Part shown: positions 46,971 to 57,207 of the stretch, piece after piece
How positions within the stretch are numbered: the first letter of the stretch is position 1
Layout: every line of letters begins with the position of its first letter
Source of the DNA: Minisyncoccia bacterium
GTDB lineage: Bacteria > Patescibacteriota > Minisyncoccia > Phycocordibacterales > UBA918
Assembly (NCBI GenBank): GCA_041750655.1
Contig: JBGSYZ010000012.1
Coordinates: 1 to 63,001, forward strand
DNA: 63,001 nt
Direction of reading: 5' to 3'
Program-made: the position numbers and the translations under genes
The notes under the pieces: model-generated
Database searches by the model: none
What the model was told of the DNA's origin: nothing
Seen by the model: the letters and a program-made list of their open reading frames with translations, nothing else

Positions 46971-48062
46971 TTAGATAAGTTTAGCAATGTCTGACCAAGT
47001 CACCGCCACCATCAGAGCAATCAATAAAAAGAATCCGATAGTGTTAAGACGGGCGACCCAAACTGGTTTAATCGGCGAACCCTTAACTACCTCAATAGCC
47101 ACAAACAATAATCTACCTCCATCAAGTGCCGGAAAAGGTAGTAAATTTATAACCGCTAAGTTTACAGAAATAAGAGCAGTAAAAAGAAGTAGTGAAGTCA
47201 AACCAAACTGGGAAGCCTCTTCAACCAAACCAACAATGCCGATCGGACCAGCCACTCCAGACAGATCTGCACGGAATAACAGTGTGTCATAGAGTAATTT
47301 GCTAATACCGGTAGTAACGGCAATTAATGTGTGAAAAGTTTGTTTTGTCCCTTCAATTACAGCGATATGAATCGGTTCTCTCACCACATCAATCATTGCC
47401 AAAGCCACACCCATGACTGCTCTATCGGGCATTTCTTCTACTAAACCAGTAATAGGAGTCACCGGAACCGTCTTTTCTTCTCCTGCGTAGGTATAGGTAA
47501 CTTCAAGAGACTGGTTTGGTCTATCCTCAGTAAAGGCTTGGAATGAAGACACATTGAGGATTTGGTCAGACTCACCGTTTGACGAAAGACCAGTGATTAC
47601 TGCCCCGCGAGGCAAACCAGCTTCTGCTGCTGGACTGTCAGTGATCACTTCAGACACAATCAAGCGTGCATCGGCTGTTGCTTCTGCTTCATCGACGACG
47701 GTAGGAATGCCGAGAGCAAAAACAAGAACAAACAATAGCCAAGCAAACATCATATTCATCATTACACCGGCAATAAGTACCATGCTTTGTTGGAGTGGTG
47801 ATTTGGCGATAAAAGAACGGTCACGGTCTGGTGAGGATGCGGCATCAGCCGTATCCTCACCAAAGATTTTAACGAACCCTCCAATCGGTAGAAGATTGAA
47901 AGAATATTCGGTTTCACCTCTTTTGATACTAGCTACTTTAGGAGGAAAACCGATTCCAAACTCATCAACTCGCATACCTGTCTTTTTGGCTACCCAAAAA
48001 TGACCGAACTCATGCACTAACACCAGTACAAAAATTACAATAAAAAATAAGATGACTGACAT
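46971..48062 (-). CDS. rseP: RIP metalloprotease RseP
   Basis: HEFGH, PDZ domain, NLLPFPALDGG. Confidence 0.94.
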   Translation of the reverse strand: MSVILFFIVIFVLVLVHEFGHFWVAKKTGMRVDEFGIGFPPKVASIKRGETEYSFNLLPIGGFVKIFGEDTADAASSPDRDRSFIAKSPLQQSMVLIAGVMMNMMFAWLLFVLVFALGIPTVVDEAEATADARLIVSEVITDSPAAEAGLPRGAVITGLSSNGESDQILNVSSFQAFTEDRPNQSLEVTYTYAGEEKTVPVTPITGLVEEMPDRAVMGVALAMIDVVREPIHIAVIEGTKQTFHTLIAVTTGISKLLYDTLLFRADLSGVAGPIGIVGLVEEASQFGLTSLLLFTALISVNLAVINLLPFPALDGGRLLFVAIEVVKGSPIKPVWVARLNTIGFFLLIALMVAVTWSDIAKLI

Positions 48063-48084
48063 AGATGCAATTCTGAATTATTGA

Positions 48085-48639
48085 TTAAACTGAAGTAATA
48101 TTTTTCTCTTTGGCAGTATAGAGAGAATCTAGCGAATTGTTGGCTGCATCAACTTCTTTTTGGATTGACTCTTTTAAGCGGAATTTTTCATCCTCACTCA
48201 ACTCACCATCTTTTTCGGCTTTTTCAACCTGTTTCATGATTTCGTCACGAGCGTTACGTAATGACACTCTGGCTTCTTCGTGTTTATGCTTTGCAACTTT
48301 AGCCAACTGGGTTCGGCGTTCACCGGTAAGTTCTGGAAATATCACCCGCAAACCTGTACTATCTGTAACTACTGAAAGACCCAAATCAGCATCAATAATA
48401 GCGCGCTCCACTGCAGCGACCTGGCTCGCGTCCCAAACCGAAACACGCAGTGTGCGAGCATCTTCTACCCCAACGGTGCCAACTTGATTAAGCGGCATTT
48501 TCGCCCCATAGGAATCAACCCGAACCGCATCCAATAATGTAGCGGAAGCTTCGCCGGTTCGTATACTGGCAAATTCTTTTCCAAGCCAATCGACTATTTC
48601 TTTGGCTCGTTCTGTAAATGTAGAAGTATCAAAATTCAT
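48085..48639 (-). CDS. frr: Ribosome recycling factor
   Basis: IRTG.A, V.SYG, P.LT.ERR, R.ARD. Confidence 0.95.
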   Translation of the reverse strand: MNFDTSTFTERAKEIVDWLGKEFASIRTGEASATLLDAVRVDSYGAKMPLNQVGTVGVEDARTLRVSVWDASQVAAVERAIIDADLGLSVVTDSTGLRVIFPELTGERRTQLAKVAKHKHEEARVSLRNARDEIMKQVEKAEKDGELSEDEKFRLKESIQKEVDAANNSLDSLYTAKEKNITSV

Positions 48640-48688
48640 ATGTGGTTATTCTAGCCATTTAAGTAAATATTCACAAGTAATATAAGAT

Positions 48689-49270
48689 TTATATAATTAA
48701 CGCTAAGTGTTCCAACAGCATTTTGGCTGATGCCCCAGGTCCTTGAATATGTTTTGTAACGAACAGCACCTCTTTAGCAATTGACGTAGATAATTTTTTT
48801 TCAATACATAATTGTTCAATTCCTTGCAATAGACCCTGTTGCCACGCTGTGTCTTTGGCGGTTGTTTTTTCGGCAATTAATTCCAGTCTTTCCGTACACC
48901 CTAATCTCATAAAACCTTCTGAAATGTCAGAAACCCTAGCTTTTTCTGTGCTAAAAATTTGAAACCGTGAACGAAGAGTTGGCAACAACCGGGAATGATC
49001 TGAAATTACAAAGTGGAAACTAGTATGTACTGGTGGTTCTTCTAACACTTTAAGTAGAGCATTTTGGGCTTCAATATTTATTTGATCGGACACCACGACT
49101 ATCGCTCGGTTACCACCGCTGGACAAGGGTTGGCTGTAGGCTTGATTAATTAATTGACGCACTGTGCCAATCGACAGTTTCGGCTCTACTATTTCTACAA
49201 AATCAACTTTGTCGATATACGACAAATCTGGCAAAGACTCTCTAGAAATATATAAATTGGCGTGATGCAT
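48689..49270 (-). CDS. DNA polymerase III delta'-like subunit (short)
   Basis: EAQNALLKVLEEPP, LLPTLRSR. Confidence 0.85.
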   Translation of the reverse strand: MHHANLYISRESLPDLSYIDKVDFVEIVEPKLSIGTVRQLINQAYSQPLSSGGNRAIVVVSDQINIEAQNALLKVLEEPPVHTSFHFVISDHSRLLPTLRSRFQIFSTEKARVSDISEGFMRLGCTERLELIAEKTTAKDTAWQQGLLQGIEQLCIEKKLSTSIAKEVLFVTKHIQGPGASAKMLLEHLALII

Positions 49271-49291
49271 TAACTCTATTATGCCAATATT

Positions 49292-50893
49292 TTAGCGTTT
49301 TGCATCTTTAAGCACTTTACGAACCACCCGACGTAGAAAATGATCAAAGGTTTCTGAGTGTTGAGGAACGATTGATTGTTCGTACCGCCAACCATTAATA
49401 TAATCGTTGATGCTTTGCTGGATCTCACCAGTCGCCCCAGTAAATGTGCCATTCATGATTGAAATCATTGTATTGTCTTTGATGCTGACATACAAAGGAT
49501 GATCAATCCCTCCTGGACCCATACCAAAAAGACCGCTGCCTTTAAATATTTTCCATTCCGACAATAATTGAGTGAGGCCAATTGTAATGTCGGGAGTCAT
49601 TAAGTCTTCACTCGTTTCAGCATGATGCAGCGTGGCAGATTTTACTTTGACGCTGGTTGCAGACGTATCTTGAGATATCGGAGGTGGTGGCGGTGTTGGA
49701 CGTATTTCCCTCTCAGTTGGCGGTACTGGTGGGGATAACTTTTGAGGTATTCCAACACTACGCGCTGGCCTTGAAAAACCATACGTGGGGATATCTTGCA
49801 GCGGCATTCCTCCGAGTTGACGTTCTTCTTTTTTTTCTGATGGCACTACTTGAGTATCTACTGACTCAGAAACTTGTTCGGCAGCCACTTTTTTCCACAT
49901 CTCTTCGTCTTGTACTAGATTCTCTTTTATACCTTGAGGAATCAAAGGACTGACTGGTGTTGGTATAACAGATTCTGATTGTGGAGCTGGAGTTGCTGGT
50001 TCAGCTATAGGTTGTTCTGGTTGTACGGGCAAAGTAGTAGTGTTCACATGGGTAACAGGAATGTGATTTGGCGATGGTTCAAAATCTGGTTTTATACCAC
50101 GCTCAGCCACACCCTTTACCGCCACAAACGCCTTTTCCAAATTTGCCATCGCTTGAGTCGCTTCTTCTTTAGTACCGCTGTTAGTTTTTTTCATCGCCTC
50201 AAGTAGCGAAGTCATATACTGTTTACCGACTGCGTTATCTATATCAACCAAATTAACGGGATTCCCCACCAAGGTGATCACTTCTCTTTTTATCTCCAAT
50301 ATTCTATCGATACTACTTTTTTCAGCTACTGGCGTTGAGACCGACTCAAGGGTCGGTACTTGAGATGAAGCCGGAGTAGGTTGAACAAGGGGCTCAACTG
50401 CTGGCGCAGCAGCTACTGGTGGGACAGTAGTAGTACCTGCTGTATTTTGTACCGCCGGTGTTGGCGTAACTACTGGCGGCTGTGCTGGCGATGTCGCAGT
50501 TTTGGGTGATTTTGGTTTGTCAAAACTTGGAACCGGGCGACTTCCAGAAAAACCGAAAGGTTTTGTTGGTTTTGGTTCTGGTTTTTGGTCAGCAGGTTTT
50601 TCACCTCCAACCTCTACTACAGGCTCAGCATCTTTAGCAGCTGGTTTGGAGCCAGGGATAAGAGCTAGGCTAGAAAGAATTGCTTCTAATTCATCTCGTA
50701 CCCCCGAATCTCCTCCTGTTTGGGCATATTTAAGAACCATTTCTCGGATAGTGGTTTTAGTTTGCGCAGAGAGACTAGAGGTACGGAGTTGTTTTAGAAG
50801 ATTAGCAATACCTTGCTGAGTTTCCAAGTCAAAAGCAGCAGCAGTTTTTGCTGCAGAAGCTACATGTGAAGAACTACCCGATACCTCCGGCAT
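49292..50893 (-). CDS. Pro/Ala-rich hypothetical protein (533 aa)
   Basis: Long ORF; TGTTACAAT 9 nt upstream of the ATG. Confidence 0.8.
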   Translation of the reverse strand: MPEVSGSSSHVASAAKTAAAFDLETQQGIANLLKQLRTSSLSAQTKTTIREMVLKYAQTGGDSGVRDELEAILSSLALIPGSKPAAKDAEPVVEVGGEKPADQKPEPKPTKPFGFSGSRPVPSFDKPKSPKTATSPAQPPVVTPTPAVQNTAGTTTVPPVAAAPAVEPLVQPTPASSQVPTLESVSTPVAEKSSIDRILEIKREVITLVGNPVNLVDIDNAVGKQYMTSLLEAMKKTNSGTKEEATQAMANLEKAFVAVKGVAERGIKPDFEPSPNHIPVTHVNTTTLPVQPEQPIAEPATPAPQSESVIPTPVSPLIPQGIKENLVQDEEMWKKVAAEQVSESVDTQVVPSEKKEERQLGGMPLQDIPTYGFSRPARSVGIPQKLSPPVPPTEREIRPTPPPPPISQDTSATSVKVKSATLHHAETSEDLMTPDITIGLTQLLSEWKIFKGSGLFGMGPGGIDHPLYVSIKDNTMISIMNGTFTGATGEIQQSINDYINGWRYEQSIVPQHSETFDHFLRRVVRKVLKDAKR

Positions 50894-50958
50894 AATACTT
50901 TCATTGTAACACCTTACATTTTTTAGCGAACACTTTTGTGGTTACGCGCTGTGTATAT

Positions 50959-52479
50959 TTAGATGCCAAGTAGGCGGGTACGAGTTCCTTCGGTGTTAGT
51001 TTCTGTTCCGTGACGCTGGGCCTTGATTATTCCTTGGTAAAGTTTTGGAACGTACTCACCAAGTATCATATGTGGTTCTAAATGTGGAGCAAATCCTCCG
51101 GCCCGTTGTTGTAGGTTAGCTAACCATATCCGTGATTTATCACTGGTGTCTTTGGTGCGCAAAAAATCGTCTACTCGCATTTCAGAAAGAGCTCTAACTA
51201 CACCGAAATATTTACCTTCGGCCCATTCTGTTTGCATGCCTTTATTGCGTAATTCCTTCAACATTAAATTTTCGGCAGCTGAAGCAATTTCGGCCATGTC
51301 TTCTATTTCATTGTTTCTATCTTGTATCGACTCTTGTCGATATACTCTAGCTTCAGAATCTTCTCTAGTTTCATCTGGTAAATCCTCAAATGGCAATTCA
51401 GGTTTATCGTTTTCGGCAAAAACTTCATGGACTGTTTCTGTTGGAGTTATTACTTCACCAGTATCATCAATCATATTATTTTGATACATTTCAAATTCAA
51501 AAATGGCTTCATGGAGATCATGCAAACGTTGCATTTTTTCAGCTAACAATTCTTCGGAAAAAACCTTCACTTTGTCTTTATATTCTTGAATTAGGTTTTT
51601 AATCTCATCCTTAACACGGCGATACTTTTTTCGAGTTTGTAAATCAGCTTTCCAGGCATCTACTTCTTGAGTTAGTGAGTTAAGATCAGTATCAAGTCTT
51701 ATTATTTCCTTTTCTATTTCAGAAAAATCAGTTGATTCGTTATTTGTAGCTACTTCAACTTTGGGCGTTTCACCTATCTTTTCTTCACTAACTTTTAAAA
51801 ATCTTTTAAGTGGCTCTGGACTAGCTGTTGTGTTTCCATTTTCGGAGACATGTGTGCGTCTTTCAACTATTTCTCCTTCTGGCTCATTCAACACTGCTTC
51901 CTTTGTATCATCTAAATTAACTACTGTTTCTGCTCCACCGAGTGGTTCTTTGGTTGGTACTTTTACTTCCTCTGAAGGTTTAGTGTTAATATTTGCAACC
52001 TTAGGTACTGTATTAAGATTAGCAGCGCTTTCTCGCATACGATTTATAATTCTGTCTATTTGAGCATCATCAGTCGGCACTTCAACTACGTTTGACCGCT
52101 CATCACTCTCGGTTGTCAGTTCTTCTGCCTCAACAACTTCAGATGTAACTGCATCTAGAATATCAATCTTACTGTCTTCAACGATTGGTTCAATAGAATC
52201 TACTGCTTCCTCTTTGTCGTCCTCTGGCTCGGTAGCCAAAGCTTCTGCTTCAACCACTGTTTCGTTCTCTTCTTCAAACTCATCATCAGATTCCCAATTA
52301 TTAATAACGGCCTGCATAACTTCATACTCTGTTCGGTAGTCTGGCACTTCTGGTTTAAAGGCTGGATTAACAAAACTCGTATCAATACCTAAGCGCTTAG
52401 CACCAGATTGTTCACGAGAAAAATCAGGATACCTCTCCTGGAAACTTTTTCTTCCTGTTTTTTGTTGAGCACCTTCCAT
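50959..52479 (-). CDS. Acidic coiled-coil hypothetical protein (506 aa)
   Basis: Long Glu-rich ORF. Confidence 0.8.
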   Translation of the reverse strand: MEGAQQKTGRKSFQERYPDFSREQSGAKRLGIDTSFVNPAFKPEVPDYRTEYEVMQAVINNWESDDEFEEENETVVEAEALATEPEDDKEEAVDSIEPIVEDSKIDILDAVTSEVVEAEELTTESDERSNVVEVPTDDAQIDRIINRMRESAANLNTVPKVANINTKPSEEVKVPTKEPLGGAETVVNLDDTKEAVLNEPEGEIVERRTHVSENGNTTASPEPLKRFLKVSEEKIGETPKVEVATNNESTDFSEIEKEIIRLDTDLNSLTQEVDAWKADLQTRKKYRRVKDEIKNLIQEYKDKVKVFSEELLAEKMQRLHDLHEAIFEFEMYQNNMIDDTGEVITPTETVHEVFAENDKPELPFEDLPDETREDSEARVYRQESIQDRNNEIEDMAEIASAAENLMLKELRNKGMQTEWAEGKYFGVVRALSEMRVDDFLRTKDTSDKSRIWLANLQQRAGGFAPHLEPHMILGEYVPKLYQGIIKAQRHGTETNTEGTRTRLLGI

Positions 52480-52494
52480 AATGTCACTACTATA

Positions 52495-55278
52495 TCACCT
52501 CGAGCCAAGTGGGCGTGGGGATGCAGCCGCCTGCGGTGGCTGCATCTTTTGGTACCGAGCCTGAATTTCCGCCTCCACTTCACCTCGCGGGCGTCCATAA
52601 CGAGCTAAACTATTAGCAATCAGCTGTGGTACTCTTGAACTCTCAACTTCTGGTGGTGGTAAGGTATTCATACTAAACGGCGGGGTCGGCACACCGTTAG
52701 CTAGAATACGCATATAGGCTTGGTAGTTAGGAATATTCATAATTTCATTAGCCGCAAAAACGGTACCTAACTGGTGCTCTAAAAACTGAGCGTCTTCCGG
52801 ACCAACCCGAAAGACAGCCATCGAGCCGACGTTTCCGAAAACGGCATCCCGAATCTTTTCATCAAGCTGCGCTATAAATTGATGAGCCACCACCAGTCCT
52901 AGTTTGTACTTACGCGCTTCAGAAAGAATTGCTGAAATAGATGGTGTAGACACATTCTGAAACTCATCAATATGTAAGAAAAATGGAGGTAAATTCATAC
53001 CCGGGCTATCAACCCGTGATAACGCCGCCATAAGAATTTTGCCGACCACAATCATCCCAATGAGATTGGCATTGATTTCACCCAAACGACCCTTGGACAG
53101 GTTAACTAAAAGTATCTTGCGAGTATCCATCACATCGCGGAAGTTGAAGGTTGATTCTTGCTGCCCAATGATTGGACGAATGTAATCGTTGGCCGTAAAG
53201 ACGTCAAACTTAGAAACGATATACGGCACGATATTTTCAAGCGAAGCTTCTCCGCCCGCTTTCGTCGCAATTTCTCGCCAGAATTGCGTCACCACCGGGT
53301 TAGTCGCGTGCTCGAGTTTCATACGACGATAACTAGCATCACTCATCACTCGCGAGATATCCATCAATGTATTACCGCTTTCGGGGTGATCCATGACCAA
53401 CAATGTGGCGTTGCGGAAGTATTGCTCAAACATCGGTCCCATGCTTTCTGGATTAGCACCGTACAATTTTTGGAATATTGAAAAAAGCTCATTGACGACA
53501 AAGGTTTTTTGCTCGGGTTTGTTTTTATCGTACTCAAGCATGTTGAGCCCGACCACTTGTTCCATCTGTGATGGATCAAAATAAATCACGTCTTTTTCAC
53601 GTTCTTTGGGTACGGCTGCCAGTACATCCTCAATGTCGGTTCCGTGTGGGTCAATCATACACACCCCAGCACCAGCTAAAATATCTTGGATGATCAGATT
53701 CTTCATAAACACCGACTTACCAGTACCGGTTTGTCCGATGATATAAAAGTGTCGCATCCGGTCGAGCTCAGTCACGTAGACTGGACTCTCCACCCCACGG
53801 TGGGCATTAGTGCCCAACAGGGTACCTTCAGCCGGCATCTCGGTGGGGGCGGCGGCTGTTTTAGCATGTGTTTGTTTAAATTGTGGCGCCGCCCCCACCC
53901 CACTTTCTGGCAAGTGGAAAATAGTGGCGAGCTCATGTTCTGAGAGCGGTACCACGCTCTTTTTATCAAATTCCCGAAAGGAAAAAGCTTTTATGGCTTT
54001 ACTTAATGGCTTCACCCCGGTAATGCGGTTGAAAACAAACGTGTTTCCTTCCATGTTTTGGTACTGATTAAACGTCGCTTCCATTTCAGAAAGAATTTGT
54101 GTTGCGCGAATCTGGGTCTTGGCCGACACCACTAAACGAATATTGGTATCGAAAACTGGGTAGCGAATTTTTTCTCGGAAAAGCTCAATGGCCCGAGTAT
54201 TTATTTCTTTCGGTTTTTCTACTTCGTTGGTATTTTTGTTTTTCGAAGCACTTTTAAACATCTCTTTCATGGTCAACATCATTTCCCCACCAAGTGTACT
54301 TTTAGCAATAGAATCCTTGACCGACATACCACCCTCGATACGTTCGATTATTTTTTCGTAACTCTTGGTATACATGTGGTCATTCGGTTTGACTACAATC
54401 TGCACCGACGCCCCGCCTCCTTCCTTTTCTATTTTTGAAAAAGCATTGATGAGCACCATGAACGGATCAGACTGAAACTCGTCGCTCTGGCGGATTGGGT
54501 AGATAGGGTGCTTTTTTAAATCTACTGTCGCCAGCGCCGACTCTCCGCCTTCAACAAAAATATTATAGTCATGGACCTGTTCGGTTAATCGCACTCCTGG
54601 GAAAAGAGACAGAATTTGTTTTTCAAAAAGGTCAATGTGTTCGCTCGGTATCGCGACGTAAAGCACAATATCGTTACTGCCTTCCGCTACAGCAAGCTCC
54701 ATCACGTAGTGAGCATTACTCACACTTCCCACGGAGCGCATGCCCGCAAAAAATTGCTGCATGGTTCCAACCAACTCCAGTAAGCTGTGCCCGCTATCTT
54801 CTTTGTTGATGCGACCAGGCATGGCTACTTCAAAAAGCGTCATATGTAGCACTTGCCATGGCGGCACCCCTTCTTTAAAATCTTGGAGTTCTTTGCCTGA
54901 TCGAATATGCTCTACCAAACGACGATGTACTTCATCAGTGAGATACGCATCCTTTTGGGTTTCCAGAAGCATGAGGGCATGATGTACGCCTTTCTCAAGA
55001 GCAATAGCTACCACTTCTTCTACTTTATCCCGAGCACTTTCTATTTGGGCCAATGATTGCGCGACAACTTCGTCTGGCTTCTCAAAATCTTTTTGTAAGA
55101 CTGACTGCGGGGTGAAGGTCACGTAGTCACGAAGTTCCTGTTTGCCAATAGTTTCCACATCAGCCTTATCGGCCTCGAGATTACGCCCTAAAAGCACTCG
55201 CTCCTGCTCAGCAATCTGCTCACGTAAAAAAGCAATCTCCTCCTCGGGAGAACCAAATTGTTCTTGCGGCCGCTCCAT
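52495..55278 (-). CDS. VirD4/TraG-like (HerA/FtsK superfamily) coupling ATPase
   Basis: Walker A GQTGTGKS, IDPHG, Walker B IDEFQN, SEARKY. Confidence 0.88.
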   Translation of the reverse strand: MERPQEQFGSPEEEIAFLREQIAEQERVLLGRNLEADKADVETIGKQELRDYVTFTPQSVLQKDFEKPDEVVAQSLAQIESARDKVEEVVAIALEKGVHHALMLLETQKDAYLTDEVHRRLVEHIRSGKELQDFKEGVPPWQVLHMTLFEVAMPGRINKEDSGHSLLELVGTMQQFFAGMRSVGSVSNAHYVMELAVAEGSNDIVLYVAIPSEHIDLFEKQILSLFPGVRLTEQVHDYNIFVEGGESALATVDLKKHPIYPIRQSDEFQSDPFMVLINAFSKIEKEGGGASVQIVVKPNDHMYTKSYEKIIERIEGGMSVKDSIAKSTLGGEMMLTMKEMFKSASKNKNTNEVEKPKEINTRAIELFREKIRYPVFDTNIRLVVSAKTQIRATQILSEMEATFNQYQNMEGNTFVFNRITGVKPLSKAIKAFSFREFDKKSVVPLSEHELATIFHLPESGVGAAPQFKQTHAKTAAAPTEMPAEGTLLGTNAHRGVESPVYVTELDRMRHFYIIGQTGTGKSVFMKNLIIQDILAGAGVCMIDPHGTDIEDVLAAVPKEREKDVIYFDPSQMEQVVGLNMLEYDKNKPEQKTFVVNELFSIFQKLYGANPESMGPMFEQYFRNATLLVMDHPESGNTLMDISRVMSDASYRRMKLEHATNPVVTQFWREIATKAGGEASLENIVPYIVSKFDVFTANDYIRPIIGQQESTFNFRDVMDTRKILLVNLSKGRLGEINANLIGMIVVGKILMAALSRVDSPGMNLPPFFLHIDEFQNVSTPSISAILSEARKYKLGLVVAHQFIAQLDEKIRDAVFGNVGSMAVFRVGPEDAQFLEHQLGTVFAANEIMNIPNYQAYMRILANGVPTPPFSMNTLPPPEVESSRVPQLIANSLARYGRPRGEVEAEIQARYQKMQPPQAAASPRPLGSR

Positions 55279-55335
55279 ATATGTATATGGTACCGCGAAA
55301 GCACTTTTAAATCGTGGCTTTATTCACTGTAAATA

Positions 55336-55860
55336 TTAATCTTCACTATCTCGGAAGTGTGCGTTTTCAGGAAGTGACACGTCAATAAATTCAAATGACA
55401 CCCCCAGATCCTTCATTTGGGCAACGGGATCATCGACTCGCTCAACTTCTATAGGTAACGCGGGGTCATGAGTAATAATTTCTAACTCACCTAAACCTTC
55501 TTTGTGAATAAATTTATCTTCCTCAAAATGGTACACATAGCCACCTTCACCATATAGTACTTCAAGACTATGTTCGAGTGATTCGACACCGATTATTGCA
55601 AGCTTTTTATTGTCTTCGTAGAGACTCACTGCCATGGCATATTCCGCTTTAAAATCATAACCTTCAATTGGTTTAGATTTTTCAGTATAAGCCAAGGCGA
55701 CCCAACGATGAAGTGTGGCGTGGAATGATTCCTCATCAAATATCACCTCTTCAACCCCACTTTCATTGGTACGAGTACGTACTTGTCGCTTAGGTTTTGC
55801 TTCTTCAGAATCAAATTTTTCGTGCGTACCGTGAAAAACGGTTTTGGGAATTTTTTCCAT
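55336..55860 (-). CDS. Hypothetical protein, possible ADP-ribosyltransferase-like fold
   Basis: VFHGT...FHAT....VA.AY...GYVY spacing. Confidence 0.7.
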   Translation of the reverse strand: MEKIPKTVFHGTHEKFDSEEAKPKRQVRTRTNESGVEEVIFDEESFHATLHRWVALAYTEKSKPIEGYDFKAEYAMAVSLYEDNKKLAIIGVESLEHSLEVLYGEGGYVYHFEEDKFIHKEGLGELEIITHDPALPIEVERVDDPVAQMKDLGVSFEFIDVSLPENAHFRDSED

Positions 55861-55878
55861 ATTTTTTATCAAAGTTTA

Positions 55879-56002
55879 CCAAATACTAAATTTTAAGATG
55901 AGTACGAGGCGTGCGAGCAGCACAGCTCGAAGTGTACTACTTGTACAGTGAGAGTTGTGCCACGAAGTACAACGAAGTAATCGCTTAAAATTTAGTATTT
56001 GG
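55879..56002 (+). ncRNA. Structured element, family 1, copy C
   Basis: 19-bp perfect inverted repeat around TAC-GAGGC...GAAG-TGTAC.GTACA-GTGA...AACGAA-GTA. Confidence 0.6.
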
Positions 56003-56020
56003 CAGCAAAGGATTTATTTG

Positions 56021-56112
56021 CTGGCAGATGCGCGAAACGACAAGATTTAGGAAGGAGGCGTATAAGCATACGGTGACTGACTAAATCGCAGTCGTGACAA
56101 AGCAGATGCTAG
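56021..56112 (+). ncRNA. Structured element, family 1, copy B
   Basis: GA-TGC-GCGAA...GAGG-CGTAT.ATACG-GTGA...GACAAA-GCA-GA. Confidence 0.6.
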
Positions 56113-56116
56113 AAAA

Positions 56117-57130
56117 TCAATACTTTGCCTCGATGGCGCGCTTATAGGCGTCCAGATGCTCAAGAGCCTCCCCCGTCCCTTTCGCCACACAGAAAAGTGC
56201 TTGGTCGGCCAGATGCGCCTTCACTCCGGTGCGCCGTTTGATAAGCTCGGGGAAATTACGCAACTGTGACGTACCACCAGTCATAATGATACCGCCGTCG
56301 ATGATATCTGAGGCGAGCTCTGGTGGCGTATCTTGAAAGACATCTTTTATAGTCTGTACCATGTCGCGGAGCTCTCGTGAAATAGCTCGCACAATTTCGT
56401 TGGTCCGAATCGTGATAGTCCGTGGCAAACCGGTCAAAATATCCCGACCATTTATGTCCATAGAAAGTTCTTCTTCCAGCGGCAAAGCTGAGCCAATATT
56501 TATTTTTACATCTTCAGCAGTTTTTTCACCGATGCTGAGATTATAATTTTTCTTGATGTACTCAATGATAGCCGCATCAATACGATTACCCGCACATTTC
56601 ACTGACCGCGAAGCGACGATGCCCCCGAGCGAAATCACCGCCACGTCGATAGTGCCACCGCCACAGTCTACAATCATATGGCCTTGAGCTTCATAAATAG
56701 GCACCTGGGCGCCGATGGCTGCCAGAATTGGCTCTTTCACCACGTATGCGTAGCGGGCACCGGCGTTCATCGCCGCTTCGACCACTGCCCGCTTCTCGGT
56801 AGAAGATACCCCGGCTGGCACCGATACCATCACTTCAGGACGAAATAATTGATAGCGACCAAGCACCTTACGTAAAAAGTAGCGCAGCATAATTTCGGTC
56901 ACCCGATAATCAGCGATTACACCGTCGCGCATCGGACGGTACGCCCGAATATTCTCAGGAGTCCGACCAATCATTTCTTTGGCCTCTGCCCCCACGGCTA
57001 ACACCTCATTGTTATCAGAGATAGCCACCACCGATGGCTCATTCAAGACAACGCCTTGACCGGGGATAAACACTAAGACACTTGTGGTACCTAAGTCGAT
57101 ACCAACTTTGGGAGTAAGTTTGTTAAACAT
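56117..57130 (-). CDS. mreB: Second MreB/Mbl paralog
   Basis: GIDLGTT, EPILAAIGA, DCGGGT, TGGTSQL; start moved to 57130. Confidence 0.93.
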   Translation of the reverse strand: MFNKLTPKVGIDLGTTSVLVFIPGQGVVLNEPSVVAISDNNEVLAVGAEAKEMIGRTPENIRAYRPMRDGVIADYRVTEIMLRYFLRKVLGRYQLFRPEVMVSVPAGVSSTEKRAVVEAAMNAGARYAYVVKEPILAAIGAQVPIYEAQGHMIVDCGGGTIDVAVISLGGIVASRSVKCAGNRIDAAIIEYIKKNYNLSIGEKTAEDVKINIGSALPLEEELSMDINGRDILTGLPRTITIRTNEIVRAISRELRDMVQTIKDVFQDTPPELASDIIDGGIIMTGGTSQLRNFPELIKRRTGVKAHLADQALFCVAKGTGEALEHLDAYKRAIEAKY

Positions 57131-57207
57131 TGAATATGAATTGTATAGCTTTTTCTGCACAATTGAAAGGGAACCCGACATAGCGTATCTGCTATACTAC
57201 TCTCAAT

